64,000 nucleotides of DNA from Myxococcota bacterium (GTDB taxonomy: Bacteria > Myxococcota_A > SURF-8 > G963663525): contig CAXXVK010000012.1 in assembly GCA_963676915.2 (NCBI GenBank), positions 1-64,000 on the forward strand, written 5' to 3'. A model generated the notes under the pieces. It saw nothing but the letters and a program-made list of their open reading frames with translations, had not been told where the DNA came from and ran no database searches. How positions within the stretch are numbered: position 1 is the first letter of the stretch; each line of letters starts with the position of its first letter. Shown piece after piece: positions 31,828 through 41,697 of this stretch. A program made the position numbers and the translations under genes.

Positions 31828-32970
31828 ATGCGTCCTTCTCCATCCGACCAGCCACTACCATTTGCCGCCCGTCTGCTGATTCCGGTGATTCTGGTGCTGT
31901 TCGGCACGCTTTCGGGACTTTTAGCGATGGAAGGAGTCTTGCGGCTGACGTGGACTCCTCCGGGTGCAGATGGGATGTACTGTCAGGATAAGGTATTGGG
32001 ACGAAAGCTCTGTCCCGATTGGGAAGGAACGATTGAAACCCCGGAATATCGGTACACCATCCGAACCGACACCTTCGGGATGCGCTCGCCCCAACCCGAA
32101 AAAACAGACACGCCGCGACTGCTCGGGCTTGGCGATTCCTTCGCCTTCGGTCAGGGCGTGCAACAAAAAGAAACGTTTTATGCTACTTTGCACGATCGTT
32201 TAGCCACATCGTTTCCCGATGCGGCAGTCTACAATGCCGCTTGTCCTTCCTGGGGACCACCTCAGCAGGCAGAAGTTGCCTCCCGCAGCCTAAAATCCCT
32301 TCGGCCAGATCTCGTAATTGTGGCGTTTTACAGCGGCAATGATTTATTCGATACCCTATTGTATCGCGATCCCCGCTCGGCAGTGGTTCGGGAAACATTG
32401 ATTCAAGATCAACCTTTTTCGGAAACGTTTTCCTGGTTTCAACGCTTGTGGATTCATCGCTTTTTCGAAACCTCCGTCATTCCCCGCTTACCTTCCGCGT
32501 TGGGCGCTCTGTTTCTTTCCGAACGAGACCGGGCCTTGGGTGCTTCTCCCACAACGACTTTGGAATGGACGCTGTTTTCCAAGGAAAAAGATGAAACAAT
32601 CGAGCGTGGTTGGAAAGAGGTGCAGACCGATTTCAAACATTTGAAATCATTAACAAAACAATCCGAATCGCAATTATTGGCCGTTTATATTCCGACCGAT
32701 GCCGAAGTCCGCCTGCAACGGTGGCAAGCTTTACTCGAACGATCGGAAAAAAACGCCGAAGCTCTTGACGACTCTCTCCCCCGAACCCGGTTTTCCAAAC
32801 TGTGTCGTGCTTTGGATATCCCCATGGTTGATCCGTCCGAGGTACTGCGGGCCAGCTCAACAGAACCGTACTATCGTCTCGACCGTCACCTCAACGCAGA
32901 AGGACACCGTATTGTGGGAGAACAGATCTATTTGTATTTAACGAGTGATTCCTGGCTTTCACGTCCGTGA
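31828..32970 (+). CDS. SGNH/GDSL hydrolase (AlgJ/AlgX-like)
   Basis: N-terminal TM helix; LGDSFAFG, GNDL and DRHLNAEGH blocks. Confidence 0.85.
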   Translation: MRPSPSDQPLPFAARLLIPVILVLFGTLSGLLAMEGVLRLTWTPPGADGMYCQDKVLGRKLCPDWEGTIETPEYRYTIRTDTFGMRSPQPEKTDTPRLLGLGDSFAFGQGVQQKETFYATLHDRLATSFPDAAVYNAACPSWGPPQQAEVASRSLKSLRPDLVIVAFYSGNDLFDTLLYRDPRSAVVRETLIQDQPFSETFSWFQRLWIHRFFETSVIPRLPSALGALFLSERDRALGASPTTTLEWTLFSKEKDETIERGWKEVQTDFKHLKSLTKQSESQLLAVYIPTDAEVRLQRWQALLERSEKNAEALDDSLPRTRFSKLCRALDIPMVDPSEVLRASSTEPYYRLDRHLNAEGHRIVGEQIYLYLTSDSWLSRP

Positions 32971-32996
32971 CAGATTTCCCATACAACGTTGAAAAC

Positions 32997-33200
32997 GGGT
33001 GCATCACAAAATGGTGCGAATTGGCCCAACAATATTGAAGCATTCATTCGTTTGGTTGTAGCGGCGAGGCCTAAGCCCGCCGAAAAGGGAGATTGGGGGT
33101 ATAAAAGCAACTTTCAAAAGGCAAAAACGGCGGGCTTACGCCTCGCCGCTACGAAAAAAAAGAGGATTTTACGAAAGTCGCTATATCTTGTGATGCACCC
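32997..33200. mobile_element. MITE-like element, 204 bp, 13-bp TIRs, 9-bp target-site duplication
   Basis: GTTGAAAAC|GGGTGCATCACAA ... TTGTGATGCACCC|GTTGAAAAC. Confidence 0.8.
33058..33152. repeat. inverted pair of GTAG-type REP elements (REPIN-like) inside the MITE
   Basis: GTAGCGGCGAGGCCTAAGCCCGCCG (33058-33082) and its reverse complement with 1 mismatch (33128-33152). Confidence 0.8.
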
Positions 33201-33223
33201 GTTGAAAACACTACCGCTTTTTA

Positions 33224-36200
33224 TCACTCGCACCAGGGTGGTATGTTCGAGTAAACCTGCTGGCACGTCTTTCCGTCGCTGCTGATAACATCGGTAATTT
33301 TGTCACACCAGATCGAACGTGGGTTGACGCAATCCAGCGGATCGAACGGACCGCTAACCGCCCAGAAGGGATTGGCGTAGTGTTCCACCGTCAGGTCCGG
33401 AACGGGAACTTCGGCGGTCTCCGGTGTAGTGGAAAGAACTTCGATTTCACCATCTCCAAGTAGATCTAAACCTTCCACCTGTTTCTCGGCGTCCCAGACA
33501 ATGTCCGCAACTTTCCAATACGTCAGGGTTTTTGTAAATTTTAACTTGATAGCTTCATCCGTGAACTGACCCGTGGCCGGATCGAAGTAGATTTTGGCGT
33601 TTGCATTGATCAATATTTTTACATATGCCGTCACGGGAGATTCTGGAGATACATCCATCAATGGATCACTGAACAGACGCACGACTACCCGATACGTGCC
33701 ACTTGCCGGATTTTCAAGAGAAATGACCTCCGGTCCCCAGCCATCTACATCGTCGATATCCAAGCTGGGATCGTCGTCCTCCTCGTTTTTGACTCCCCAA
33801 TCCGGTTGATGATTTTGGAAGAAGCACGTATCGTTGATCACGTCTTCGGTATGCTCCGCGCACACGTACTTCGGGCTACCCCCCTGAGAGTCTTGCCAGG
33901 AACGACAATAACCGTCCTTAATCGCGCAAAGTTCCTGTGAAGGCTGACATGTTGCTCCATCACCGCAATCGGAATCATCGCCGCAATAGTTATTTTCATC
34001 GTCGGTGCAAATGCCACAATAGATCGACAGGGGAGGATAAGGTTCATCCCCGGTCGGTGGTCTATCGAAATACAATGCACATTTGTCATCCGAACAAAAA
34101 TACCCGTAGGCATAATCGAAACACTGCCGATCGTTCGTGCAAATCTTGTCACAAAAATTCATGTTTTGATCGCAATGAAAACCACCCGTGCAATCACTAT
34201 CGTCAGAACAACTCAGAGAGCGCCAGGAATCTGATTGGATACGATCGTCTTTGGCCTGACTCACAGCGAACGTTCCTTCGTCGCGCTTTCGAACGAGGTA
34301 TAAGTCCATATCCACCCCACGTAGCCCGTCACCACCTTTGTCCCAGACAAGCTCGACATATAGTTTTTTCGAGGGTCGTACCACCACCTCACGTGTGGCG
34401 TACTCTTCGCATTGCGGACAATCTTCGCTCGGACCGGAAACCATCCCTGCGCTGTCTTTCACCTTCAGACGAAACTTGTAGGTTCCAGCCGTGGGGAAAA
34501 AGATTTTCGTCTCTCCACAATCGGTGAAATCATCACCACCGCTTGTGATGTCGTTTTCGCTGTCGTAATCGTTGTTTTGAATATCGCAAACCAGCACGGC
34601 ATCCGTCGCAGAAGCCGGACGTCCGCCCGGCGACCAGGACCACTGGTAGGTCAGCGGCTCACGGATCTCCCCGTAAGGACTGAAGGACTGCAACCCGCTC
34701 ATTTTGAATTCGCTCAATGGCTGCGGAGAAGCATAAACATCATCCACAACAATGCTGGGTACGGGAGGACCGCAGTTTTCCACGCATTCCACCGGACCAA
34801 TGTCTTCCGTTTCGAATGAGCTACAGAAATCGAAGAACCCACCATATTGGTTACCAATGGGAGGCATGTAGACCTCGACCGTGTTCAGTGGAAACCCGTA
34901 ATTCCGGATATCTGCCCCACCGGCAACCAGCACGTTTCCATTGTCGAGCGCTGTTACGGTGAAATCTTCTCGCGCCACCTGCATCGAGGCCGTACCGAAG
35001 GGCGAGTTCGCCCGAACACCGCCGTTGCTTTCGCTTGCCACCGCACGAACCTGAATCGGTTTCAAATCCCAAACTCCCTGACAGGATTCGTCCCCTTCAC
35101 TATACGAAAAACGATAGATCTGGGCGCTTCGCTCGGTGGAATCGGTCAAACCGTTTCCTGTTCCAACAACGAACACAGAGTGGGTATCGGCATTGAGAAT
35201 GTCCCAATCAACCTCGTACAACGGCATTTTACCTGCGCCAAATACCTGGCAGGTGATTTTTCCATTTGCATCGATGGAAGGGTAGCCCTCGACATTGCCG
35301 TAGGTGGGAAACACACCGCTTTCGCACTGGTTTACACCACCAACCAAAACCGCCCGAGCCTGGTAAAGACGCTCTGGGTCGGGTTGGCCGTCAATCTGGG
35401 GAAACAGCGGAATCGCCGCATGTTTAGCCCGCCTGGCAAAGGTGTTTTCGCTTTCGCTTCGGCATCGTTTTTGACAGGGATCTTCAAGGCAACTTTCGGT
35501 TTGCGTATCGTAGGTAAAGCAGGAAAACTCCTGATTTGTCACGGAAAACACCTCTACCAGCGAAATGGTCGAAGGAATCTGAGTCTCGCCGTTTTCGATG
35601 ACTGTAACACCACCGGTGACAAGAACGTTCCACGTTTGAGAATCATCCTCTCCCGCCACTGGCAACACCGTCATAGCGTGACCGTAACGCGGTTCGTACA
35701 ACGTGGATTCCAACGGAACGACGTTATAGGTTTCGTAGTCGTAGTTCACCAAAACAGCTTGATTGCTGGCCAACCCTTCGGCGGTTAAACCTCCTGTTAC
35801 CAGTACTGATTTCGTCCCAGGAATTTTCACGGCTCGAGCATGAGTCACCGCAACCGGTAAACGCCCCAACGGCACGATAATTACACCTTTGTTCCCTTCG
35901 ATGTACTGTCCTAACAGTACCTCGTTCAAAAACGCTCCATCTGCGGTTCTACCACCTGCCAGCAGGAAAAAGGTCTGCTCTACACCCTCCTCCGAATCGT
36001 AGGGGAACGGACTATCGATTTCGCAAAACGCGAAATACGCCCTCCCTTCCTTCCAGCTTTCGCTATCGACATTCAAGGTTTCGTAACCATTGGTTTCAGG
36101 ATTGAACAAGTCCAACTCACGTGGTGCGATTTCGATGTTGTTTTCATTTGCCACGCCCCCGACAAACATCACTTTGCCGTTTTCCAGCTTCAGGGCGGCA

Positions 36201-36733
36201 TGACCCCTGCGAGCATGAGACATCATCGAAGGAGCAACGGCCACCCCTTTTTCAAGTTGGGGTGCGAGGTTGAAACTGTCGGTCTGCATTACAAAAAAAG
36301 CGAGCATCAACGGCGAATTATCGCTCGTGCCGATAAAAGAATTGGAAACGGCCCGAGAGCGAATATTGCCTAAATCGTCGGCCAGTTCGATCACCATTCG
36401 GTAGGTTTTTCCCGCTTCAGCTTTTTTCTGTAGAGCTTTGGCACGAGGAACAACTTCGTCTTTTAGAATTCCACTTTCATGCGCCCATTCATTCGAGGCC
36501 ACCAGCCCAGGCATTTCTCCATCCGTAGACACTTCGAACAACCCCAAACGTATGTTCTCGATTCCGACGAGATGATTGAACGATGTGTTTTCCTCATAGC
36601 CGCTATATACGCGGATTACGTCCCCCGAATTCGTATCTACACTCAGGCAACGAACGGAACCACACATCACGACTATGCTTGACAAGAACAGCAAGCGCAA
36701 ATATCCACTTTTGTACTTCGGTTTCGAAGGCAT
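33224..36733 (-). CDS. large secreted/lipoprotein with kelch repeats, PKD-like and YfaP-like Cys-rich modules
   Basis: Start moved to ATG 36733. R.GH...L.NGKV..GG kelch repeats; TYQWSW...GTYKFRLKVKDSAG; DMDLYL...SLDIDDVDGWGPEVI. Confidence 0.8.
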   Translation of the reverse strand: MPSKPKYKSGYLRLLFLSSIVVMCGSVRCLSVDTNSGDVIRVYSGYEENTSFNHLVGIENIRLGLFEVSTDGEMPGLVASNEWAHESGILKDEVVPRAKALQKKAEAGKTYRMVIELADDLGNIRSRAVSNSFIGTSDNSPLMLAFFVMQTDSFNLAPQLEKGVAVAPSMMSHARRGHAALKLENGKVMFVGGVANENNIEIAPRELDLFNPETNGYETLNVDSESWKEGRAYFAFCEIDSPFPYDSEEGVEQTFFLLAGGRTADGAFLNEVLLGQYIEGNKGVIIVPLGRLPVAVTHARAVKIPGTKSVLVTGGLTAEGLASNQAVLVNYDYETYNVVPLESTLYEPRYGHAMTVLPVAGEDDSQTWNVLVTGGVTVIENGETQIPSTISLVEVFSVTNQEFSCFTYDTQTESCLEDPCQKRCRSESENTFARRAKHAAIPLFPQIDGQPDPERLYQARAVLVGGVNQCESGVFPTYGNVEGYPSIDANGKITCQVFGAGKMPLYEVDWDILNADTHSVFVVGTGNGLTDSTERSAQIYRFSYSEGDESCQGVWDLKPIQVRAVASESNGGVRANSPFGTASMQVAREDFTVTALDNGNVLVAGGADIRNYGFPLNTVEVYMPPIGNQYGGFFDFCSSFETEDIGPVECVENCGPPVPSIVVDDVYASPQPLSEFKMSGLQSFSPYGEIREPLTYQWSWSPGGRPASATDAVLVCDIQNNDYDSENDITSGGDDFTDCGETKIFFPTAGTYKFRLKVKDSAGMVSGPSEDCPQCEEYATREVVVRPSKKLYVELVWDKGGDGLRGVDMDLYLVRKRDEGTFAVSQAKDDRIQSDSWRSLSCSDDSDCTGGFHCDQNMNFCDKICTNDRQCFDYAYGYFCSDDKCALYFDRPPTGDEPYPPLSIYCGICTDDENNYCGDDSDCGDGATCQPSQELCAIKDGYCRSWQDSQGGSPKYVCAEHTEDVINDTCFFQNHQPDWGVKNEEDDDPSLDIDDVDGWGPEVISLENPASGTYRVVVRLFSDPLMDVSPESPVTAYVKILINANAKIYFDPATGQFTDEAIKLKFTKTLTYWKVADIVWDAEKQVEGLDLLGDGEIEVLSTTPETAEVPVPDLTVEHYANPFWAVSGPFDPLDCVNPRSIWCDKITDVISSDGKTCQQVYSNIPPWCE

Positions 36734-37078
36734 GTTTCCCCCGATCATCCAGTTTTCTTTCCACTTGTGCGTCAAATCGGCAACTGCAAAAATGATTGTA
36801 GCCAACTTTGACATATCGTCAATCGAAAAAGGTGAATGAGTTCTTCCCTTTGAAAGAACTTCACCCAAGAATTGCGACGTATGTATAACTTTAGACGATT
36901 AGGAAAAGCCGAAATATAGCTATCCAGAACAAAAAAGATGCCTAATACAGCTTCTGAGAACTGTTCTAAAAATAAACACATCATCAAAAGTCTTCTTGTT
37001 TGAGCAATTTTTTTTTCAGCGAGAAGCTATCCCAAGGATTTCGAGGCAATATAGAGACGAATTCGTCGTTGGTGAGGC

Positions 37079-37097
37079 GCAGGATAAAAAATCCTGC
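37079..37097. terminator. short hairpin downstream of the PHP gene, possible terminator
   Basis: GCAGGAT-AAAAA-ATCCTGC; no clear U-tract. Confidence 0.35.
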
Positions 37098-37152
37098 TCC
37101 CTTCATATCCGTTCAGCGGTCCTGAAAACAGATGGCAAAATGACGCCATTTT

Positions 37153-38007
37153 TCAGCATTTGGCGGCAGCTTTGAGTTTTTGCAGCAGTTCGTAAGGAAT
37201 ATTCAGGTTGCCTTTCCCAACACCCAAACGTGTATCGGGTTTGGCTTCACCATGAAAATCCGAGCCGCCCGTAACCAGCAGTCCCAAACGTTCGGCCAGC
37301 GAAATGAAGGTTTGCGTCTCTTTTTCGGAATGGTCCGTGTAGTGACATTCCAAGCCATCCAAACCGGCATCCGCCAGAGATTCCACAAGGCGTTCCAACT
37401 CCTTGCCTTCCGCTTTGACCCATTTCGGATGAGCCAACACGGCCAGGCCACCGGCCTGGTGAATCAACGCTACGGCTTCTTCCGCTGTGGCACGGCGTCG
37501 CTCGGCATAAGCCGGACGGTTTTTGCCCAAATAGCGGTCGAAGGCTTCGTTGAAAGACACCACCGCACCTTTTTCGATCATCGCCTTGGCGAAATGAGGA
37601 CGCCCTAAAGAGCTTCCTTCGTCCTTATCGTCTTTCTGCCGCAATACGTCTTCCAAGGTAATTTCGATACCGAGATCATTTAACTTTTGGATAATTTTGA
37701 CGTTTCGTTCGTCCCGGCTGTTTTTGAAATCTTCAAGGCTTTCGTTGAGTTCTTTGTGATCCGGGTCGAAAAGATAACCCAGCATATGGGCTGAACCGTT
37801 CCCCAGAGATACCGATATTTCAACACCGGCAATGCATTCGATGCCTATCTCTTTCGACGCATCCAAGGCTTCCCGAACGCCGGAAATCGTATCGTGATCG
37901 GTCAGCGCAAAAGCTTGCAAGCCTGCATCGAAAGCCATTTTCACCAATTGAGACGGACGAAACGTGCCATCCGACGCCGTGGAATGGGTGTGCAGATCGA
38001 TCCCCAT
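37153..38007 (-). CDS. PHP-domain metallophosphoesterase (TrpH/YciV-like)
   Basis: DLHTHSTASDG, LTDHD, GRPHFA, LAHP, GGSDFHG. Confidence 0.92.
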   Translation of the reverse strand: MGIDLHTHSTASDGTFRPSQLVKMAFDAGLQAFALTDHDTISGVREALDASKEIGIECIAGVEISVSLGNGSAHMLGYLFDPDHKELNESLEDFKNSRDERNVKIIQKLNDLGIEITLEDVLRQKDDKDEGSSLGRPHFAKAMIEKGAVVSFNEAFDRYLGKNRPAYAERRRATAEEAVALIHQAGGLAVLAHPKWVKAEGKELERLVESLADAGLDGLECHYTDHSEKETQTFISLAERLGLLVTGGSDFHGEAKPDTRLGVGKGNLNIPYELLQKLKAAAKC

Positions 38008-38035
38008 AACTCCCCTTTTCATTTTAAATTTCGGA

Positions 38036-38515
38036 TTACGAGCGTCGCTCTAGTTTACCGAGCAAGGCTTCGATCTTTTTCTTCCGGTTTTTCTTCAGAT
38101 GCTCGACGAGATTCTTTTCGAGTTTCCTTCCGATCACCGGAATGGGAATATCAAACACGCCCTTTTCAAGAAACTGACAGCTTTCATCGTCGTTTTCGAT
38201 GATTTTCGTCGTTCCCTCAACGCGAGCACGTGCGCCCACACCTTCGGATTTGCGAATCCAGGTACTGAACCGCTGGGCAACATCCCATTCGGTAGTCATT
38301 GTGGCCTTGATCACGCCGATTCCCATCGGCAACGGCTCTTCATAGACCAGTTTCGTCAGCAGGCGATGCTCCGTTTTCTCCACCACCGTGCAGTTCGGGT
38401 TTTCTCCACCCAAAACCCAGGTCCATTCTTCAATGAATTTTGGGTCCGTAACGGTTTCGAAAACTTTTTGTGCAGTGTAAGGAATCGTTTCGTTGAATTC
38501 CCAGTTCCTGGCCAT
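38036..38515 (-). CDS. SRPBCC/START-like (DUF2505-like) protein
   Basis: Size, N-terminal strand-helix pattern and C-terminal IPIPVIGRKLEK helix. Confidence 0.6.
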   Translation of the reverse strand: MARNWEFNETIPYTAQKVFETVTDPKFIEEWTWVLGGENPNCTVVEKTEHRLLTKLVYEEPLPMGIGVIKATMTTEWDVAQRFSTWIRKSEGVGARARVEGTTKIIENDDESCQFLEKGVFDIPIPVIGRKLEKNLVEHLKKNRKKKIEALLGKLERRS

Positions 38516-38548
38516 AAATACAACCTCGTAGAAAGTGAGAATGCCGAT

Positions 38549-39310
38549 TCAGCGCCGCTTTCGGACTTCTTCGACCAACAGGGGTAAAATATCGCTTGTG
38601 GACCCTTCAAGATGCAACGTTTGAGGATTGTGACTCAAATGCGTGCTTTCCAAGTTGATTTCGATCAACCGCTTGCCTTTTTCGATCAACAGTTGAGGCA
38701 CCATATTGGCCGGAGCAACCTGGGCGCTGGTTCCGGCAACGATCATCAATTCCGCTCGCGTGGCATAGGCTTGTGTTTCCAGCAAAGCCACGGGGGGAAT
38801 CATCTCGCCGAAAAACACCACGTCCGGCTTGAGGATCTGACCGCAGGAGCATTCCGGCGGGTCGCCAAGCGATTTGACCTCGCTCTTGCTATACGATTTT
38901 CCGCAGGCGATACATATCAACCGTTTGGCATTGCCGTGGAATTCGATAACCTTTTGACTTCCCGCATCCTGATGAAGATTGTCGATATTCTGGGTAATGA
39001 TGGCTTCGAGCAGACCCATGCTTTCCAGGTCGGCCAACCCACGATGTCCCGGATTCGGGTCTTTCCCTTCCATCAATTCGTTCATTTCGCGGATCATCGT
39101 CCAGACCCGGTGCGGATCGGCCCGAAAACTGTCGATGTGGGCGTAATCGAAAGGATCGTATTTGGCCCAAAGGCCGTTATGAGAACGAAAATCCGGTATT
39201 CCCGAATCCACGGAGATTCCCGCCCCCGTCAGGGCAAGTGTCGAGGAAGATTCGAGAATCAAATCCGCCGCTTCACGGATTTTATCGTTTTCGTCCCGTA
39301 TACCGCTCAT
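38549..39310 (-). CDS. cobB: NAD-dependent protein deacylase (sirtuin)
   Basis: TGAGISVDSGIPDFR, TQNIDNLHQ, EFHG, KPDVVFFGE, GTS; start ATG 39310. Confidence 0.93.
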   Translation of the reverse strand: MSGIRDENDKIREAADLILESSSTLALTGAGISVDSGIPDFRSHNGLWAKYDPFDYAHIDSFRADPHRVWTMIREMNELMEGKDPNPGHRGLADLESMGLLEAIITQNIDNLHQDAGSQKVIEFHGNAKRLICIACGKSYSKSEVKSLGDPPECSCGQILKPDVVFFGEMIPPVALLETQAYATRAELMIVAGTSAQVAPANMVPQLLIEKGKRLIEINLESTHLSHNPQTLHLEGSTSDILPLLVEEVRKRR

Positions 39311-39416
39311 CCGCGTCCCTTTCGCCCACCGCTGCGAAATCGTCTTCCGTATGGCGTTTGACAACCTGCGGATCGACAAGGCCATGATTCATCCCTCTTT
39401 CAAAGGTACAACATCT

Positions 39417-41495
39417 TCAATCCGGATCGCAAGCCTCACTACAATATTGCACGATTTCGCCCTCTTTAAGGAAGGTTTTTGTTTGATTAAGTACATGAGG
39501 CAACAAGCAGACATCGGTGTGCACGCCGTTGTCGTCGGTGGCCGGAACGTTGGTATTGGGAGGGAACGGATCTTGCGACTGCTCTATCATATGAACCTGA
39601 GACATCACCGATCCATCCTCGGACGCCTCGACGGTTTCCAAACCGTAAATGTCGTAAACGGAAGGCGTCAGCAACTGGACTCCCATACCGCGAGCCAGCA
39701 TTTCCGTTGTCATATTGGGAACTTGAGAATCTCCAATCGCTTCCTGAAGGATTACTCGCCGCCCTTCGGGGGCATCGTCGAGAGGATCTTTGAACATCAG
39801 TTGCGTGAGGTTGATGGGGTCGGACAAATCGAAACGGGTCTGAATGAACGCCTGCCCCATCTGCTGCACCAAAGGATCGGGATATTGCAGATCGAAAAAG
39901 GTTTTGATCGAATTCCACACCGTCGAGCGCGGCAGCATATTCGACCACACCGAGCCCGGCACGGCCAGGACAGCGCGGGTAATTCTATGGGAAATCGATA
40001 CCAGGCTGGAACCTTGAATGCCTCCCAGACTGACTCCGTAGTACAAAACTTCGTCCGTCTTGATCAAATCCCAATCGCCTAGCTTGACCCTGGAATCGTA
40101 TTGGAGAGTTCCAAGCGTCAGTTCGATCAAGGTCAGGTTGTTGATCAAAGACTGCTGCAAACGGTCGGTTATCAAACCGATGTTGTTGATATCGGGAACG
40201 ACTTTTTCCAAAATCACGTTGTAATCGCTCTTGGAAAGGCCAATCCAGTCGGTTGCCACGATTACAGCCTCGTTTTCCTGTGCCAGCGGCTGGATATACT
40301 GCGGTCCCGGCCAGTTCTTAAGATACCCTACTCCGTCACCGAAGATTCCATGCCCGAAGAGAATCAACGGCAGGGGTTCTTTTCTTTCCTCGGCGACTTT
40401 CGGAATCAGCATGGCAAAGGGAAACGTCAGGTTTTCGGATTGACGCACAGGGCGGTTCTGCTCGTCGTAGTCGAAGATGCTGTCTTCATTAATGAACGTC
40501 GGCACCTCGAATTCACCAATGACGATGCGGGCGATGTTTTCGCTAATGTCGTCCTTCGTCTGTTCCTCATCGATGGTGTATCCCAAACCGACACCTTCCA
40601 TCTCATCCAACGCCGTTTCTCGCATGGAAAGCACCGAGCCAAGCAAACGATCCTTGCTGGCCACCATATAATCCCAAGCTAAAAGAAGGTCGTTCCGTTC
40701 GTAACCATGTTCATCCAGGAAATCGAACATTTCGTTGTAATGTCCTCTGGAGGACTCGACCCAGTCGTTGGTGGTGGGAATGCCGTCTCTCAGGGCCTCG
40801 AAAGCCTTGGGACAGGGGACGGGAACCCCTTCGGTGTCGGTGATGTCGTTGGTGAAAACCACGATATGACGATGCCCCATTGCAAGCGGTTCCATAGGCC
40901 GAACGATCAAGGCATACCGGTTGGGGTAGTCTTCGATCCGATCCCGATTCATGTCCATTTCGGACAGGATGGCGATACGCTTCCCGGTGTCCCAATCAAA
41001 CAACGCGATGGGTGCGCCATCTTCTACCGTATCGGCGAGCGAATACTGATCCGACAGGAAATCTTCGTGAATATCGTAGCCCATATGCAGCAGGATCGGT
41101 CCGGCGGGACTGTAACCGTCGGAAAGATTGGCGCTGCTGATATCGAAAAACTTTTCTCCGCTTTCATCTTTGAGGGAATCGAGCGGATAATTTCCTCTAA
41201 TTCCCGTTGTGGTGTCCGTATCCTCCACTTCATAGTAACTGGAAGGAATCGGCAAAATGCATTCGTCACTCGTTGCGAAAGGATTGCATCCTTCTTTAAT
41301 CACCAGATCGATCGGTTCGACATCCTGAAGATCGTAGGCGTCTTCCTCCGAACCATCGAGTTCCGAAGCGATTTCTTCGCCATCCTGATCCCCGTGGTGA
41401 ATGGTGCTTTGCTTGTTGTCATCCGTACAAGCAATGACAAAAGCAAACAATGAGATCCAAAGCAGCCAAAAGTTCTTTTTGATTGTGCGTGACAT
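39417..41495 (-). CDS. lipoprotein alpha/beta hydrolase (lipase-like)
   Basis: Lipobox VIAC; FGHGIFG oxyanion region, YGVSLGG nucleophile elbow, GDSQVPN, GVH. Confidence 0.8.
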   Translation of the reverse strand: MSRTIKKNFWLLWISLFAFVIACTDDNKQSTIHHGDQDGEEIASELDGSEEDAYDLQDVEPIDLVIKEGCNPFATSDECILPIPSSYYEVEDTDTTTGIRGNYPLDSLKDESGEKFFDISSANLSDGYSPAGPILLHMGYDIHEDFLSDQYSLADTVEDGAPIALFDWDTGKRIAILSEMDMNRDRIEDYPNRYALIVRPMEPLAMGHRHIVVFTNDITDTEGVPVPCPKAFEALRDGIPTTNDWVESSRGHYNEMFDFLDEHGYERNDLLLAWDYMVASKDRLLGSVLSMRETALDEMEGVGLGYTIDEEQTKDDISENIARIVIGEFEVPTFINEDSIFDYDEQNRPVRQSENLTFPFAMLIPKVAEERKEPLPLILFGHGIFGDGVGYLKNWPGPQYIQPLAQENEAVIVATDWIGLSKSDYNVILEKVVPDINNIGLITDRLQQSLINNLTLIELTLGTLQYDSRVKLGDWDLIKTDEVLYYGVSLGGIQGSSLVSISHRITRAVLAVPGSVWSNMLPRSTVWNSIKTFFDLQYPDPLVQQMGQAFIQTRFDLSDPINLTQLMFKDPLDDAPEGRRVILQEAIGDSQVPNMTTEMLARGMGVQLLTPSVYDIYGLETVEASEDGSVMSQVHMIEQSQDPFPPNTNVPATDDNGVHTDVCLLPHVLNQTKTFLKEGEIVQYCSEACDPD

Positions 41496-41697
41496 GGTGT
41501 TTTCCTAACGGTCGAAAAAAAAGGCAAAATCGACAGATTCCTTTTTGTCTTGGTTTGACATAAAAAAAACGAACTATAGCCGGAATTGAATTCTCTTGCA
41601 ACTACGTGAACACGAAAAGGTCAACACGCTCTGTAATCGACAAAAACTCAAATACAATTCGCCCCCCAACCATTGAATTTTCTATTTTTTTTAAGAA

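Noticed and set aside
32988-33209. Repeated GTTGAAAAC resembles the 3' end of CRISPR repeats
   Set aside because: Only two 9-bp copies about 210 bp apart, directly flanking inverted repeats, and no cas genes; a target-site duplication explains it better.
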